A DNA stretch of 62,789 nt, filler included, from Sluysia triapertura (GCA_046118255.1; 5 parts of 5 records of this genome joined end to end with filler, not necessarily neighbours in it), one strand, 5' to 3'; counted from the whole stretch's first letter, positions 41,627-55,814 are shown. The notes: a model not told the origin generated them from the letters alone. Numbers and translations are program-made.

Positions 41627-44303
41627 ATATAATGTACTGTAAAATCCCGAATTGGCATATTATAAACAAACTTCAACCGAATGTAACACAGTTAATCAAA
41701 ATCAAACAAATAACACACAAAAATCGGAAATACTAATAACACAATACAACTCAAAAACCAACATATTCTCACGACAACAGTTATAACATTAATAATAATA
41801 ATTACATTAATATTCACAACACATCTACAATCTACTACTTAATGTTATTATAATTCTGAATGTTACTTTCATCGTATTATTGTTTTTGCCTTTCTATCTT
41901 CCTATTTTACCATATTATTGTTGATGTTATCTTTCTATCCTTTTGTCCTTGTTATTTTAGATTATTTATTTGTTAAATCGAAACAAATTTGAAATGAAGT
42001 ATTAATTTTTAATTAGAAATATTTAAAAAAATTGAAACAAACAATAGTATTTATAACTTTATTTTTATTTATAACTTTATAGTTATTTATCATAATACTA
42101 CTAGTAAATAGGAATTACGCGAATAAGACTTTTTGGAATAGAGTTATTTATAATTTTACTTATTATTCGAACCCGAATTTTAAAAATGATATTACGTGTT
42201 CGAATTGAATATTGGGAATTACAGTGGTAACGTTGTAGGAGGTAACGTTGATTTCGATTTGACGTAAAAATTTCCTATTCGTTAGTATTATCTGGTAAGA
42301 ACGATACAGTTCATACATCCAATAATATGTATGCTTTAATAAAAATGATTATTTAATCAAGTCTTAAAAGTAATGATATGTTAGAAAAATTGAACAGGTC
42401 ATATTTAACTTAATCCTTTATAAATATTATTAGTCATTTTAAACGTGTTTTATTATATTAACTGTAATTTATATTTTTATACATTTTGTCATCCACATAA
42501 GGCAGATGTAATTTAGCATGTAATTATTTTATGTGAATTTAAAGTATTTTTGTACAGATATTCAGCAATATTCGTTAATTTATGTTTCAAACAATGTATG
42601 AAAATTATGTATAAAAAATTAATGTTCATTTAAATAAATGAAAAAAATTTCAGTGTTTAAATAGCTAAAATCAAAAATTATGTTATGCTGAAGCAAGGAT
42701 TAGCAGTCATAAATAACACAAGTATAATGTTGTTTGTTTACAGATATGTAATTAAAATAAAACTAAAAAATTCATAAATAAATAATCAATTTCGAAGATT
42801 TACTAAGTAACATCTAATTAAAACATCTAATCGTTTTCTGTGCCTTTCTGTGTCTTTGGTTCGAAATCTACTTTAAAATTTCATTTAAAGAAATAATATT
42901 TTTTGCACTTTTTTGATGTTTTTATATATCTTTTGAAATAAATTCNNNNNNNNNNNNNNNNNNNNNNNNNNNNNNNNNNNNNNNNNNNNNNNNNNNNNNN
43001 NNNNNNNNNNNNNNNNNNNNNNNNNNNNNNNNNNNNNNNNNNNNNNNNNNNNNNNNNNNNNNNNNNNNNNNNNNNNNNNNNNNNNNNNATTTTTCTAAAT
43101 TAAATAATTATTATAACTTATTAAATTGAAGTTTGGATTAAAATTTCATTTACAAAATTATTATTTAAGAATACACAATTACATATAAATTAATAAAAAC
43201 ACTGAACAAAGAGACTACAGTTTGTTTACTTTGTACTATTATTGTTAAGAAAATTAATAGTTGATTCCCTTGATGATTTCTTTTCAGACTTAAAAAATTA
43301 ATTATGAGACTTAAAGACATACATGAACTTTATAAATCTTTATTTAAAGAAATTATAATATTCTAAAAATAGCAATTTTCATTTTCTTGTCAAATAATTT
43401 TTCTTTCACATAATTCAAATGTTACATTCAATCAGTTAAAATACATATAATCCACATTCAGAAATTACATTCACCCAAACAATTAATATTAATATTTCAT
43501 AAATTATGTATATAAGTCATTTTTCATACCTTTTAATTATATTACATAATTATAAATTAATTTCAAGTTTAAATTATATAAATTTATATTACTTTTAAAT
43601 TAATTTTGTCCTAATTAGCTTCAACATCATATTTATTTTATAATTGTAATTATTAATTATATATCACATTAATTAATTGTAAATTTTATTAGTTTTGTTT
43701 CTTTTCCAATGAATAATAAAACCCACATTAATAATTTAAGAGAGTAAAAAACAAACTGAGAAATTAAAGAAAAAGTTCAAAAATCAAAAGAATAAAATTA
43801 AATCATGTGTGTTAATATTTAAAATCATTTTTATATGAAGTGAACCATTCCATAATCAATAACTTGTTTTTTTGACAAACATTTTATTAATGAAATAAAA
43901 ATTAATTGATACTTTTTTCAAAATTTGTTATATTTCTGAAAATGAAAACCCAATTAGTTTACATAATGCCACGCGTCAAATTGTTAAATTTTGTATACAT
44001 TTTAAAATTAATTAAATAAAATGATAAGTATAAGTAAAGAAGTTTTTGAATGACAAAACAACCAAAAATTAACAATTTTAATTTATATCTTCCAAAATTA
44101 ATTTAAATAAGTTAAAAAGATCGAAGGATATTCAATTTTTACATAATTTTATATCTCTTTCAATAATAAGTATCGCTTGTTTAATGCAAGCTTCTAAAAT
44201 CAAAGTGAAGTCGTTAATGTGTTGATAAAACTGCTTTTTATCAAGCCTGAAGCTTTTCTACAAGATTTTATTATTTGTGATCTTTATTACTAAATGAAAT
44301 AAT

Positions 44304-45075
44304 TGCTGTGGTTTTCTTAACTCTTAACCTATGACCTAATAAAATTGAGCAGGGTCCAGTTACAATTAATGATTTGTTCTTGTGCGTTCTTGTAATGTGA
44401 GATTATTTTTGCTCAACTTAACTTACATATGTTGCTCTAATGATTATTCTTATTTTACGAATTTAATCCTACGATCTACAACAATCTAAGCTCATTATAA
44501 ACTCGTAATGTTTACTAAAATATCAAAAATAATTCAATATTAAATGAACATAAGAAACTACAAGGTTTATTAGAGTATAAGAATTATTTTTTTAACAGAT
44601 ATTATAAAATATTCAAGGATAAAATAAATATTTTATAATTTAAATTTAATTTAAATTTTAATTATAAAATTTTGCCCTCATTAAATCGGGATGGGAAAAT
44701 AAACTAAATAAAAGAATTTACTTTAATATTCCGATTCTTTGCATTGAAACGGCCTTATAAAAAACAACTTACTAAAAACATGGATTTTCTAAAGGATATT
44801 GTCCAAGGTCACCTGATGCGAGTAATATAAAATGTAATATAAATTTGTATTAACTGATGCCAATATACATTCCAGCCATCAGCCAACGGAAATTGATGGA
44901 AGTTTCTGGAAAATTCTAGAATTTTCGATTTATTTCTTAGAAAGTAGTATTTTATTTTTTCGAAAATAAGTTTTCTTTTTTTGGAAAATAATTTTCTTTT
45001 AAGGAATTTAATGATTTTAATTGCTTTTTTGTATTAAATTTAGTGATTTTAAAGGGTTGTGATGATGATCTAACA
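44304..45075 (-). mobile_element. Solo LTR-like repeat copy C (TSD TAAT)
   Basis: taat|TGCTGTGG...TCTAACA|taat, 772 bp. Confidence 0.8.
44898..44927. promoter_or_regulatory. Six-unit heat-shock element in LTR copy C
   Basis: GAAgtTTCtgGAAaaTTCtaGAAttTTC. Confidence 0.7.
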
Positions 45076-45122
45076 TAATTATCAAATTGAAGACAAGAAC
45101 CTTTTTTATTAGTACAATATAT

Positions 45123-45807
45123 TGCTTAACTCTTAACCTATGATAAAATAAATTTTATCAGGGTCCAGTTACAGTAAACGACTTACAAAGTAAAGCGGAT
45201 GTTTCTGTAACTAAAAATAGCAAATAGTGAAATGTAACTTTCATTTTATTTCTCTTTAATGTACTTTGTATGTCTTAACTTATGTAAGCTACTTTATTCT
45301 TGAATTTCTAATGTGATCTCTCTCGATTTAGTTAGTTGTAATTTATATTTTAGTAGAGGATCTGAAATTTCTTGTTCCCTATTCATTTATCAATTTTATT
45401 AACGAAATCAAATAAAAGAGTTTTAGACAACAAAAATAAGTTAAATAACAGTTAAGCAATAAAAATATTATTTTATAATTAAATGTACTTAATTCAAAAT
45501 CCTAAAGGTTTTAGTTGTAAATTTTTGGCTTCATAAAATCGGTGTTTAAAAATTACTGCTGATTTTGCTGAGACTAAAACCATATCTTTGATGAAAAATT
45601 ATGCAAAAAAATTATTCATAACCAGAACTATGAATAACTTGTGATTCACAACAACTAGCATCAATACTAGCTATCAGCCAATCAAAATAAATTGAATTCT
45701 AGAATATTATTTTTCTTTTTTAAAAAATACACTTTTCTTTTTGAGGAAACTTATTTTCTATTTTTGTTTTCTAAAAGATTTTAAAGGGTTGTGATGACAA
45801 CTTAACA
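45123..45807 (-). mobile_element. Solo LTR-like repeat copy D (TSD ATAT)
   Basis: atat|TGCTTAACTCTTAACC...CTTAACA|atat; partial HSE at ~45697-45709. Confidence 0.75.
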
Positions 45808-46342
45808 ATATAAAAATACAATTATCAAACGGGTTGTTTAAAATACTACGTGAAATTGGTTCTAAAATATGTTACAAATTATATTTTACAAATTTAAGTT
45901 TACATAAAATGACTTAAAACGCCAAATTATTGTTGTATTTCCTTGAATAAAATAATTCCTGATTGATCACGTCATTCTTAATTCTCATTAAAATTTTTTG
46001 GACAATAAACGAATATTAAATTTTATCTATTATATAAATATATTCCTTTATTATTATTGATTTTTCTATATTTTCTGATTATTAATTACCAAATTATTAT
46101 TACATTATTAATATAGATAAATTTTCTATTTGTTGATTATTTAACAATAGTTGTTTGTCGAGCATTAGTTGTTCATATAATTGTTATTTGTGTTACCACT
46201 AAAATCTGATTAAGCTTGATTAAAACTACTTAATATTTCATTTACACCTTTTTTTATTATATTGTATTTTTTACTAGAACACCTATTATTATTTTATTCA
46301 AAGAATAAAACTTCGTTTTAAATTAAATATTTAAATATTTAG

Positions 46343-47137
46343 GTAACAACAATTTACGTATATTATCTACTAAATTCTCCAACTGTGTTTTAAAACTTCC
46401 TAACACAGCACCTAAGTACAAGAATTGCGATCGAGTAAAATTGGCTTCATTCTTATATCGAGATAATTGTGCTAATTTTATTGGATGGTTACGAGAATTT
46501 GGATTTTCGAATAGTATCTTATTTGAAACAGAAGATTTAATATCTCGTAAAAATGTGAGAAATGTAGTTTTATCTTTGCTAGAGTTAGCTAGAGTTGGTG
46601 GGTTTTTTGGATTGTCTGTTCCAGTGTTAGTGCAATTTGAAAGAGAAATAGATGCAGAGATAGCTGCTGAAAATGAATTTGTGGTTGAAGAAGAAGAAGA
46701 AAAGTTTTTTAAAACAAATCTATGTACAGATGAAATAAATAATATACAAAACGATTATCAAAATGATACTAATTATTGTATAAATAGCAACAATGACATT
46801 AGTAACATGGACAGTTTGAGTCAAAATATAATTTGTAATAATATCACTGGACCAGAGAATGATTATTGTAATAATAATAATAATAATAATAATTTCTATA
46901 ATAATAGTAATAATGAATCTATGATTGATCATAAATATGATGAAGTACATGATCCAGAAAAAAAATCGACATGTGATAATTAGTAAACCTTATGTAGCAC
47001 CTTGTGATGTTCAGTCACTCGATGATCTGGTTCGAAAAATCATTCAACAATGCGAATGTCCTAATTTATTTCCTATGACCAGATTGTCAGAAGGAAAATA
47101 TTTATTTGGTGACAAGAACACTTTGATTTTTGTACGG
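46343..47137 (+). CDS. GAS2-like: GAS2-family (CH + GAR domain) internal exon with an apparent +1 frameshift
   Basis: CH part: FLYRDNCANFIGW..LFETEDL..VVLSLLELAR..LVQFEREI. GAR part: LDDLV..CECP..FPM..LSEGKY..IFVR|gttagt. Acceptor AG at 46341-42. Flanking exons not located. Confidence 0.85.
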
Positions 47138-49164
47138 GTTAGTCAAACTAAATTGATTTTTGAATAATTAAATTGACACAAAATATTCGTAATAAACTAT
47201 TTTATTCGTGAATTATTTTAACTTTTGTATGTGTTGCAATTTTGTCACTTAAAATATTCGTTTGAAAAAGTAATTTACTTCATTAATAGTATTATTTTTT
47301 CCAATTTTCCAAATAAATTTAATAAAAATTCTCATAAGATCGTGCGACTTGTACTTTGACTTTTCATTTTATTACTTAAAATCTATTCTTTAAAATTGTC
47401 AAAGTTAATCTTAAGGTTAAAGTTTCTACACCTCTCTGATGTACAAGATGGAAGTGCTTCTGGTTATTTTATAAATTTAAAATTTCAAACTTTCTCCTGA
47501 ACTTAAACGAAACAAAGACTTATTTATGACATAACATTTATTGAACACAAAACGGTATATAAAAAATACGTTTAACACAGTTAAGAGTACCACATGATTT
47601 TGAATCCTATTTTATATTAATTTATTCAATAAGTTTATTGTTGAATTCTCTTAATTAAATTAAATATAATTTGAAGTTTTAATTATAATTAATAGTCTTC
47701 AATTGAATTGTTACACATCTGATAATGATTGTGGTAAGTTTTCAATATCTTCAATATAAACCTTATAATATTGCGATAGTATAGTGCAATTTTTTGGTCG
47801 TTATATACTATTTACAAATTTAATTCCATAATAATTATTCCAATATTAATAAATTTTATAGTTAGTATTTATTTCAATAATTCCAATTTCACTATACTAT
47901 AAATTCTAATATTAATAATTTCTATAGTTATTCTATAATAACTATTTTATAACAATAATTTCTATAATAATTGTATACTATGAATTTAATTTAACTTAAG
48001 TAATTTTTAATTTAATATAATAATTTGTATAATAGTTTGTAATTTATTTCATAATTTTAAAATTTTTATTTTATTTGACTTTTGTGTAAAAAAAACTTGG
48101 GTTTTTCTTCTTTATTATCTTGGGTTTCACACTTATTACTGGAGGTTATAGTTCGCTCGTTTCTGATGTAAGAGATGGAAGTGCGAATTAAATTTTTTTG
48201 AGAATCTAGAATTCAAGTTTTCTAATTAACTGAGATTTTAAGATTCAAAATTTAGATATTTATAAAAATTCGGAATCTCATTATCGAACAGATTAATTAT
48301 CAGAGTTAAAATTCAAATTTATTTATTGTGAAATCAGTAATATTTAAATTCTCTCTTCTGAAAATTGTAATAGTAAACAAATTGATTAGAATTACAAAAC
48401 TTAAAAATTAAATTCTTTGTTAAATGCTTGAAATTCAAAACTAGATCCACTAAAACTTTACTAAACACATACAAAATGATTTATTAAAACAATGATAAAA
48501 GGATTAATCAAATTTATCAAATAACACCATGCGTAATTAAGAAATTTATATTTATTAGTTTAAGTTAAAGATTATTCTGATAATTATCAATTAAAATGTT
48601 GGAATTCTCGTAAAAATCTTTAATAAAATTTTACCTTTTTTTGTCTTTTTACAATAACTTCACCTTATTCTTCCTTTTTTCTCTTCCTTCTTCTTCAATA
48701 ATAATGGTGGTAAATGGTGACAGTGTATTTATATCTATTTTCTATGGTTTATTGTTTTTTAATAATGCAGTTATTATAAAATTATTATTTTAATAGCAAT
48801 GAAATAATATCCATTGTGTTTTTCTGAATAATGAATTCGTATCAATTGTAATAATAATAAGAGTTTTAATTATTAATTATATTTGTAACAATAATGCTTT
48901 TATAATAGAATAAGAATATTTACATTTTTTAATAGGATCTAATATTTTTATAATATTTTTAATTTTAATATAGTGAAAAATAATATTTTTAACACTATTT
49001 ACATTTTTTGATTTATATTTGTATAATATTTATTTCTAACAGATATTACGTTACAGTTTTAATAAAGTAATATTTCTAACATAATATAATGGGATTTTTA
49101 ATAGATTAAGCACGAATTAGAGTGTTAAAAGTAAGATCCATTACATAATACATTAACATAATTT

Positions 49165-49850
49165 TTAAACATCAAATGATTTACTGATAATTATTTTTTG
49201 AACATATTTGCCAACTAGAGGAAGAAAGTAAAGTAGATTTACAAAAATATTGTCCCTTTTTCTGAGGATGTCAAATAAGGAAATTAGGTCATAAGTGATT
49301 TGTTCTAATAATGAAGTCAGATGAAGCAAAAGATATGAGATTGTGCATGTGAGATTAACCAATGTCATAAGGGTTTTGCATATAATGACGTCAACCAGTG
49401 TTGACGTATGTCTGCAATACCTTTGCGTCCTTAAGGTTCTCTTCTCTCTTCCGTTTCTATGGAATGATTTGGTTTTTCTCCTTAACTGTGATGAAAATGA
49501 GATTAATCTCGTTGAATATAGGGATATAAGGAAACTGTATGAAAGTGATTTGTTATGATTTACATCATTGTTAATTTAGAGCAGAGGATGGAAAATGATA
49601 TCAGAAATTCATCCACATAAACTCTTACAATGCAATTTCTAAAAGCATTTTTGTACCATCGTATATAGTGTTGCGTGATCCTTCGAAAAGTTGTTAACTA
49701 TGAGTGAGGAGCGAAAATGATCCCGCTCAAATTTATCTGCAGTTCCGAAAATTTGGAGTTTGACTTTAAGAGAGAATTTTAAAAGTCCTTATCTATCCAA
49801 AGATAAATGTAATCGAATGATTAATATATTAGGCTATTTTACCGAATACA
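49165..49850 (-). pseudogene. Second, diverged copy of the unknown LTR-associated ORF
   Basis: LIVNN..H..LY..IVRVYVDEF; ICKTL..VNLT; LISFASSDFIIR; LISLFDILRKRD align in order with LIVNS..H..LY..IRVESDEY; IIKTL..VNLT; LMSFSSADPIIR; LIFLFDHLRAKD at 38.8-39.5 kb. Confidence 0.65.
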
Positions 49851-50549
49851 CAATTTTAATTTTATTCAGATTTTAAACCTAGACTTAAACTAGGTAAAAG
49901 AAATATATTTTTTAAGTGTTATTTTGACAATTAGAACTTACTACTTAATTTCACAAATTAAAATAAATGAAATAATCCGCAAAGTTTTTTGAAATTGAGT
50001 TTTTTTCTTTAATATTATTTCTTTGTCCGTTGATTTTTCTTTCACAACGATAATTTTTCTCGCTTTTTTGCGCGAGATTTTTTTAAACGTTTTAGACTTA
50101 TATATAGTTTTTTTAATTTGGATAGATGAAAACTTTATTGCTTTATGATATAAAATTATTTTCGAATTTAATATGATAAAAATACATAAACGTAAATTAT
50201 TGTTATCATTGTATAAAAATAAACATAAAATTTATTATTGTTAATTACAAACTCTAAAAATTATTATTTTATTATTTTCATAAAAATAATTATTTTGTTA
50301 TTGTCATAAAAATAAATCCAATTTTATTATCACTATTATTAATTGTAGTTAGTTATGACAATGTGCAGTTAGTGATCACATATCTTATTACTATGTGGTA
50401 ATTGCATATCTAAAGTATTATTTAAAATGATTAAGATTAATTAGTATACTAAGTATACAATAGTGTATTAATGTATAAAAAAAGATTAATGTTGTATTTA
50501 ATCAAAATCTTAATATAATTAGTATAAGTATGTTGCTGAAGAAGTAAAA

Positions 50550-51900
50550 TTAATTTAAAAGTAATTTAAATTTATATTATCAGTTATTTTATTTTAACCT
50601 AACTCGATTTCTTGCGAAATTTAGTGTATCACTAATTGGCTTCGCCTATATATGCGATATGTACTCGTTCGAGATACTTATTTCTAGGAATGTCTGTAAC
50701 GAATATACGTTAGGGTTTCTTCAACTATTGATGATCATACGAAAGTTTTGTTTATTGTAATTAACAATATAACCTCGTTTATAACTCACTTATCTCTTCC
50801 TTAAAGAAGAATGTAAACTTAAGGAATCAAAAGTTTGTACACAAATTGGTAATTTCGAGCATTCGATTATAATATTCGTAATAATAATTTGGTCTACTGG
50901 AATCGGTAAATAATTTTTCACAACAAAAGCAGTAACGCGTTGTAAAATTGTCTTATTAAATTTCTTTTTTGAGTGCTTATAAGGACGGTCAGTCTTTTTG
51001 TTTTATATATTTATCTGTTAATTAATTATCATTAATTTGTTAGTAGGTATTATTATTCTTGTAATTGGTTTGGAAGAGGCTTGTTGTTTTCCATAGCTTA
51101 TTCATTTATGCATTCATTTTCATGCCTTATAGATACATTTAGAAGTATATAAAACTTCGCCCATGAGTCTACCGAAAGGAATTTCTAATGGAAGAACCTC
51201 TTTTTCATGTTCCATCTAGTAATACATTGCCACATGTCCATATATTGTAAATCATCTTTTTGTTATTTTTAATTTTTAATCCTTAGTTAATATACTCTGT
51301 TTCAAATACGTCCCGGTAATTGTTTGGTACTATTTTAAATGTTTTCAATATATTTCAAATGTCAATTATTGATGAATGAATATGGTGTCTGCAATATCAT
51401 ATAACCACCGATCTTTTAACTGAGAATTCTCTTATTGGAGTCATAATATTTTAGTATATTTTATTCGTACTCTATTCGGTCTTGATTCTCTATAATGTTT
51501 GGTATCTAATAATGAAAATTTCCTTCCTATTTGAAGTTGGTTGCATTCAAAGGCCTATTAATCCCAAACATGTCTACTAAAATTATTATAAATAGTATAC
51601 TATTTATAGAGGCTCCCAAATGTGGAACATTTCTTTTTAATAATTCCTTAATGTTGAGTAAATTTGTAATTATATAGAACGACTCGTTTAAATTGTTTAT
51701 TTCTTTTCTTTAATAATATTTCTCCATGTACTAAGTTTCTTTTCTACGAAATTGATAACTTTATCCATTTTCTTTTATTGTAGTTTCATTGCATTGGAAG
51801 ATATATAATCTACCTTATTTTATTGTGTATAAGCAGAACTTCATATATAGCCCACATTATAAAAAGCAACTATTTTTAATATAACCCGCACACATATATA
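50550..51900 (-). mobile_element. Highly decayed Ty3/Gypsy pol remnant (RNase H / integrase zinc region)
   Basis: Fragmentary motifs: GRKFSLLDTKH (cf. GRxFxxxTDH), DRWLYDI, and GHVAM..ITRW..KRFF (HHCC region). Many stops. Confidence 0.45.
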
Positions 51901-52739
51901 ATAAATAGATAANNNNNNNNNNNNNNNNNNNNNNNNNNNNNNNNNNNNNNNNNNNNTTAATTAATTAANNNNNNNNNNNNNNNNNNNNNNNNNNNNNNNN
52001 NNNNNNNNNNNNCTTATTAAAGGACATTATAAATCGCCGAAGAGTGTTCAAATAGTGTTTAGGATCCTCAGATTGTAAATATAAATATATATATATTGAC
52101 GATACAGATACCGATATTCCGTAATTCAATTCTTCTTTGTAAAGTATAATTATTGTAATTAAATTCCTTCTCTAGTACAGATACTCGCGATAAGTTTTGA
52201 TTCCTGCTACTGTTATTTCTCGATTATGGCAATTTGTGGAGAAGATGCGCTTTATTTATACGCTATTCATTTTTCTATTTTTGAATTTTGATAAATATTT
52301 AATAATTTTGATGAATCAACATCCGCATAAATACCCGTAATTATCATAAATTGTTAGATTTCCGTTTTTAAAATAAAGTATTAATTAAAATTTTTTAATA
52401 TAAACAATTTAAAACAAATTAAATGAGATAATTAATTGAATTAAAATTAATTTTTTTCTATTATATAAGATTTATAAAATTAATTATATGAGATTTATTT
52501 TTCTAGAATTTTACATAGAATTTTACAGTATTTATACAGAATTTTACAGTATTCACAATACTAAGTTCAGTACAAATTAATAACTTATTGTTAATAAGTT
52601 ATTAACAATAAAGTGACCAAAAATTAAAGCGGAAAATTTTCATTAAGCTTTTTATTAAATCAATTTAAATATTATACAAATATGGCTCTTTTAGTCAGTT
52701 AAACCTTGACGTGGTACCAGAATACCGATTTGTTAAGAA

Positions 52740-53432
52740 GGTAGCACCATTTATGGTGAAGATTATACAGCTGTAAAAATGTATGATAAATTTGATGATA
52801 ATTGCTCACAAAATAATAATAAAGAAACACATTTCTCTAGAGAACATTTAGACTTCTGTCGGCAACAATTAGTACCAATTCATTCAATAATATCATGTAA
52901 ATCACCAAGTGAGAAATGCTTTAAAACATAATTTTAAAGTAATGAAAAGTATCAGTATACCAAATGTCGTGTTTCGAATCTTCCATTATCCATCAAAGAT
53001 ATATCAAATGATCAGAACAATCTTTTCAAACGTGTTTAATCCTAATCGCGATACATCGTATGATTTTAGTATTCAAACGCGATTGATTCTTTGACATCTT
53101 GTCCAATTGATATGGAAAGCAATTACAAAATAAGTCAATTTGATAATAAATTTAAGATTCCAAAATACGCATTTTGCCTACTTCAAGTCACAACATCAGG
53201 ACGATGTACGAAATATGGCGATCTATGTCCATATGCCCATGATTTGAATGTGTTGGTATCAATTTCTGAAAATTCAATTCGGCCATCATATTTCAGTACC
53301 AAAAATTTTAATAAAGTAATTTGTGATTCTTTTGAACATTATATTACTCTTAAATTTAATGTGCGTAATTATAATTTCATAATTTTACTTTTAGGATATG
53401 ATCAAATGTTTTTTAGTATGCTCGAACAATAA
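52740..53432 (+). CDS. CCCH zinc-finger gene or pseudogene fragment (exon structure uncertain)
   Basis: KYAFCLLQVTTSGRCTKYGDLCPYAH resembles a TIS11/ZFP36-type finger. Candidate 31-38 nt introns could link upstream frames. Confidence 0.5.
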
Positions 53433-54540
53433 AAGAAAAAATTTTTATATAACTTATAGTCGTATTATAAATAAATGTTTAGTAATCAATTTGATGTTTT
53501 GTATTAACGAATTTGGTGAAGCTTTATATAAATTCAATAACATTCAAAATTTCAATAAAATCTGTTGATTTTTTCATGTATAACAAAATCTTAATTCAAA
53601 ATAAACATTTTAAAAATATAATACACCAAAAAATATATCGTTAATTGGACTTCTATTTATCTTTTAACTAAATTTGTTATATTAAACGAATTTATTGTAT
53701 ACTGTTAAAGGAAACTAAAATCACGGTTAGATAAATATAAAATTCTTATTCGTAAATTGAAAATTATTAATTATCTTAAGAAAGTCGAGTAATATACTCA
53801 ATAATTCCTGTAATATTCAACATTCCACAGCAAGCGATTAAATAATATAGTCATAAATTTGATAAATTCAAGTGTATAATAGAGAAGTTTAATTTTAAAT
53901 CCAATTTGAGGTCTATTTAGATCAAATATAAACTACTGAAAACAAGTAGAAGTGCTATAATTAGCGAAATTGAAATCAATCAACAATTATCTTTCAACCT
54001 CCAGTACTTGCATTTCTTTAAACGCTGACATATATACATTGGCTCTTCAGTGTTTAAGCCCGGTGTCGTAGAGGACTCACGAATGTATTATTGTATAACT
54101 GGTTATGAATAAGTATAACATTTCCGAGATAGCGATATATGATCATTGGAAACTCAATTACTATTGAAGATTGTCGGAAAACAAATGGTTTAGTTCTTAT
54201 CTTGTAATACCGTATAAAGATAGTCCTGGAGTCACTCTAAGAATCATATTCTAATTCCATAGTTATTGTCACACTAATTAGTTGATATTCAGCAAGATCA
54301 ATACAAGATATAAACAAATTGAAATCCTGTTTACTTGCCCTTGTTTCAATTTCACAACAATCCAATATATAACATTTTATTTGAACGGAAAATAATTTAA
54401 TTTTGTCTGTTAATATTTTAGCATAAACATCTTTCTGGTTAGATACTAGATTATTCTAGGTGAGTTGTTTTCTTATAAATAAGTTGTGCTTGGTATACAA
54501 GATAGATAGATACATATCAAGATTGTAGATTTAACTTGAG

Positions 54541-55796
54541 TCATTTGCCAGTCTCCGTATATGAGCGGTATTTGATTATTTGTAGCGTATTCATAAATTG
54601 GAGATGGAAGTATTGGCATGCCTGGAGGAGGAGCGTAATTGTTTCTATGTGGAACTTTAAACGCATCGTCGTCGTCATTATTATTGTTATGTGGTAAACA
54701 TGGATATCGACATTTATTCGAGCAAACATAATAATAGTCAATACCACTATAGCTAAAGCGATTACGAACAGTATTGCCGCCACAATTAATATCACTAACG
54801 CTGGATCATTACGTAATATTTCTAATATTGTTAGATGTTTTCTTGTTCCTTTAAATGAAAAATGCAAGTATTTTGATGAGTGACGGATTTTCACTATAAT
54901 ATGTCCATCTTCGACAGGTAAAATATCTGAGCAAACCATGACTGGATATCTCAATTCACTATTAATATAATTTTCATATATGATCCATGAACTAAAATTA
55001 AGTCTGGCAGGTTTTAAACATGCAAATTTGGCATGAATATTTTGATTCAATATCTTAACTTTTACTTCATTGTTTTTATTATAGAATTCAAAATATTCCG
55101 TGTTAAAAGATTGTTCGTGACATTGAACTACTGTAATTATCATAATTAAAATCAAAGGTATAAGATTTTTATTATTCGCAGAAACCCGTATTTTCCTACC
55201 TATTTGAGATAAATAGGGTATGGTCCAAAATATGTATAGTACCGCAAAAATTAGTAATATTATAAAGAATTTATAAGAGTGTCCTGTCGTACCTTCTGTA
55301 GTTGAATTTTTAAGTTACTTATTTGTTTTTTAGTTGTACTATGATTGGACAAGGTTATTTGTGTTTTCGTTGTTTCTCCATCTCTCAAGTGATCTATTAG
55401 CTTGATAAATTTCCAGATGTCTCGTGTATTTCTTGAGGTGTCTAGAGAAAGGTTATCAGCATCGGTCTATAACCGTAATGTAGACAATGTGGGATGCCAT
55501 TTAAATGATGTGGTTTTTCCACTAATAATGGCTTTAAATAAATACAATAAATTTCAAATTTATGTCGTAGAATCATTTTTTTAGAAATGAATTCGAATTT
55601 CCAATATTGAATGTAAATGTCGGTAATCATTATTTTCTGTTCCCTGCCATGATTTGTAGCTATATTCATATTCCGTTGCCATGACATTAGTTATAAGTGA
55701 TAGAAGAATCACAATTAAGATAGAAAGCCAACAAGTTATTTTCCCAAAACGATTTTTATTAAGATAATTTCCTTTTCTTATATTAGTCATTATCAT
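54541..55796 (-). pseudogene. Membrane-protein ORF fragments downstream of integrase
   Basis: Signal-like WLSILIVILLSLITNVMA and ILIMIITVVQC; TM ALVILIVAAILFVIALAIVVLTIIMFA; frameshifted. Confidence 0.55.
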
Positions 55797-55814
55797 TACT
55801 GCATCCTGAATGTC

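Noticed and set aside
46868-46907. 40-nt GT..AG candidate intron that would fix the GAS2 frameshift
   Set aside because: Splicing it leads to an in-frame TGA at 46922-46924.
47430-48190. Short repeat TCTGATGTA..AGATGGAAGTGC occurring twice
   Set aside because: Probably old TE debris; no boundaries or TSDs could be defined.
49043-49085. cag|ATATTACGT (ILR) as the next GAS2 exon
   Set aside because: Lacks the invariant VRVGGGW and hits a stop after 13 codons.
53990-54540. 3' LTR of the env-carrying Gypsy element
   Set aside because: No convincing PPT plus TG start, and no second copy in the window to confirm it.
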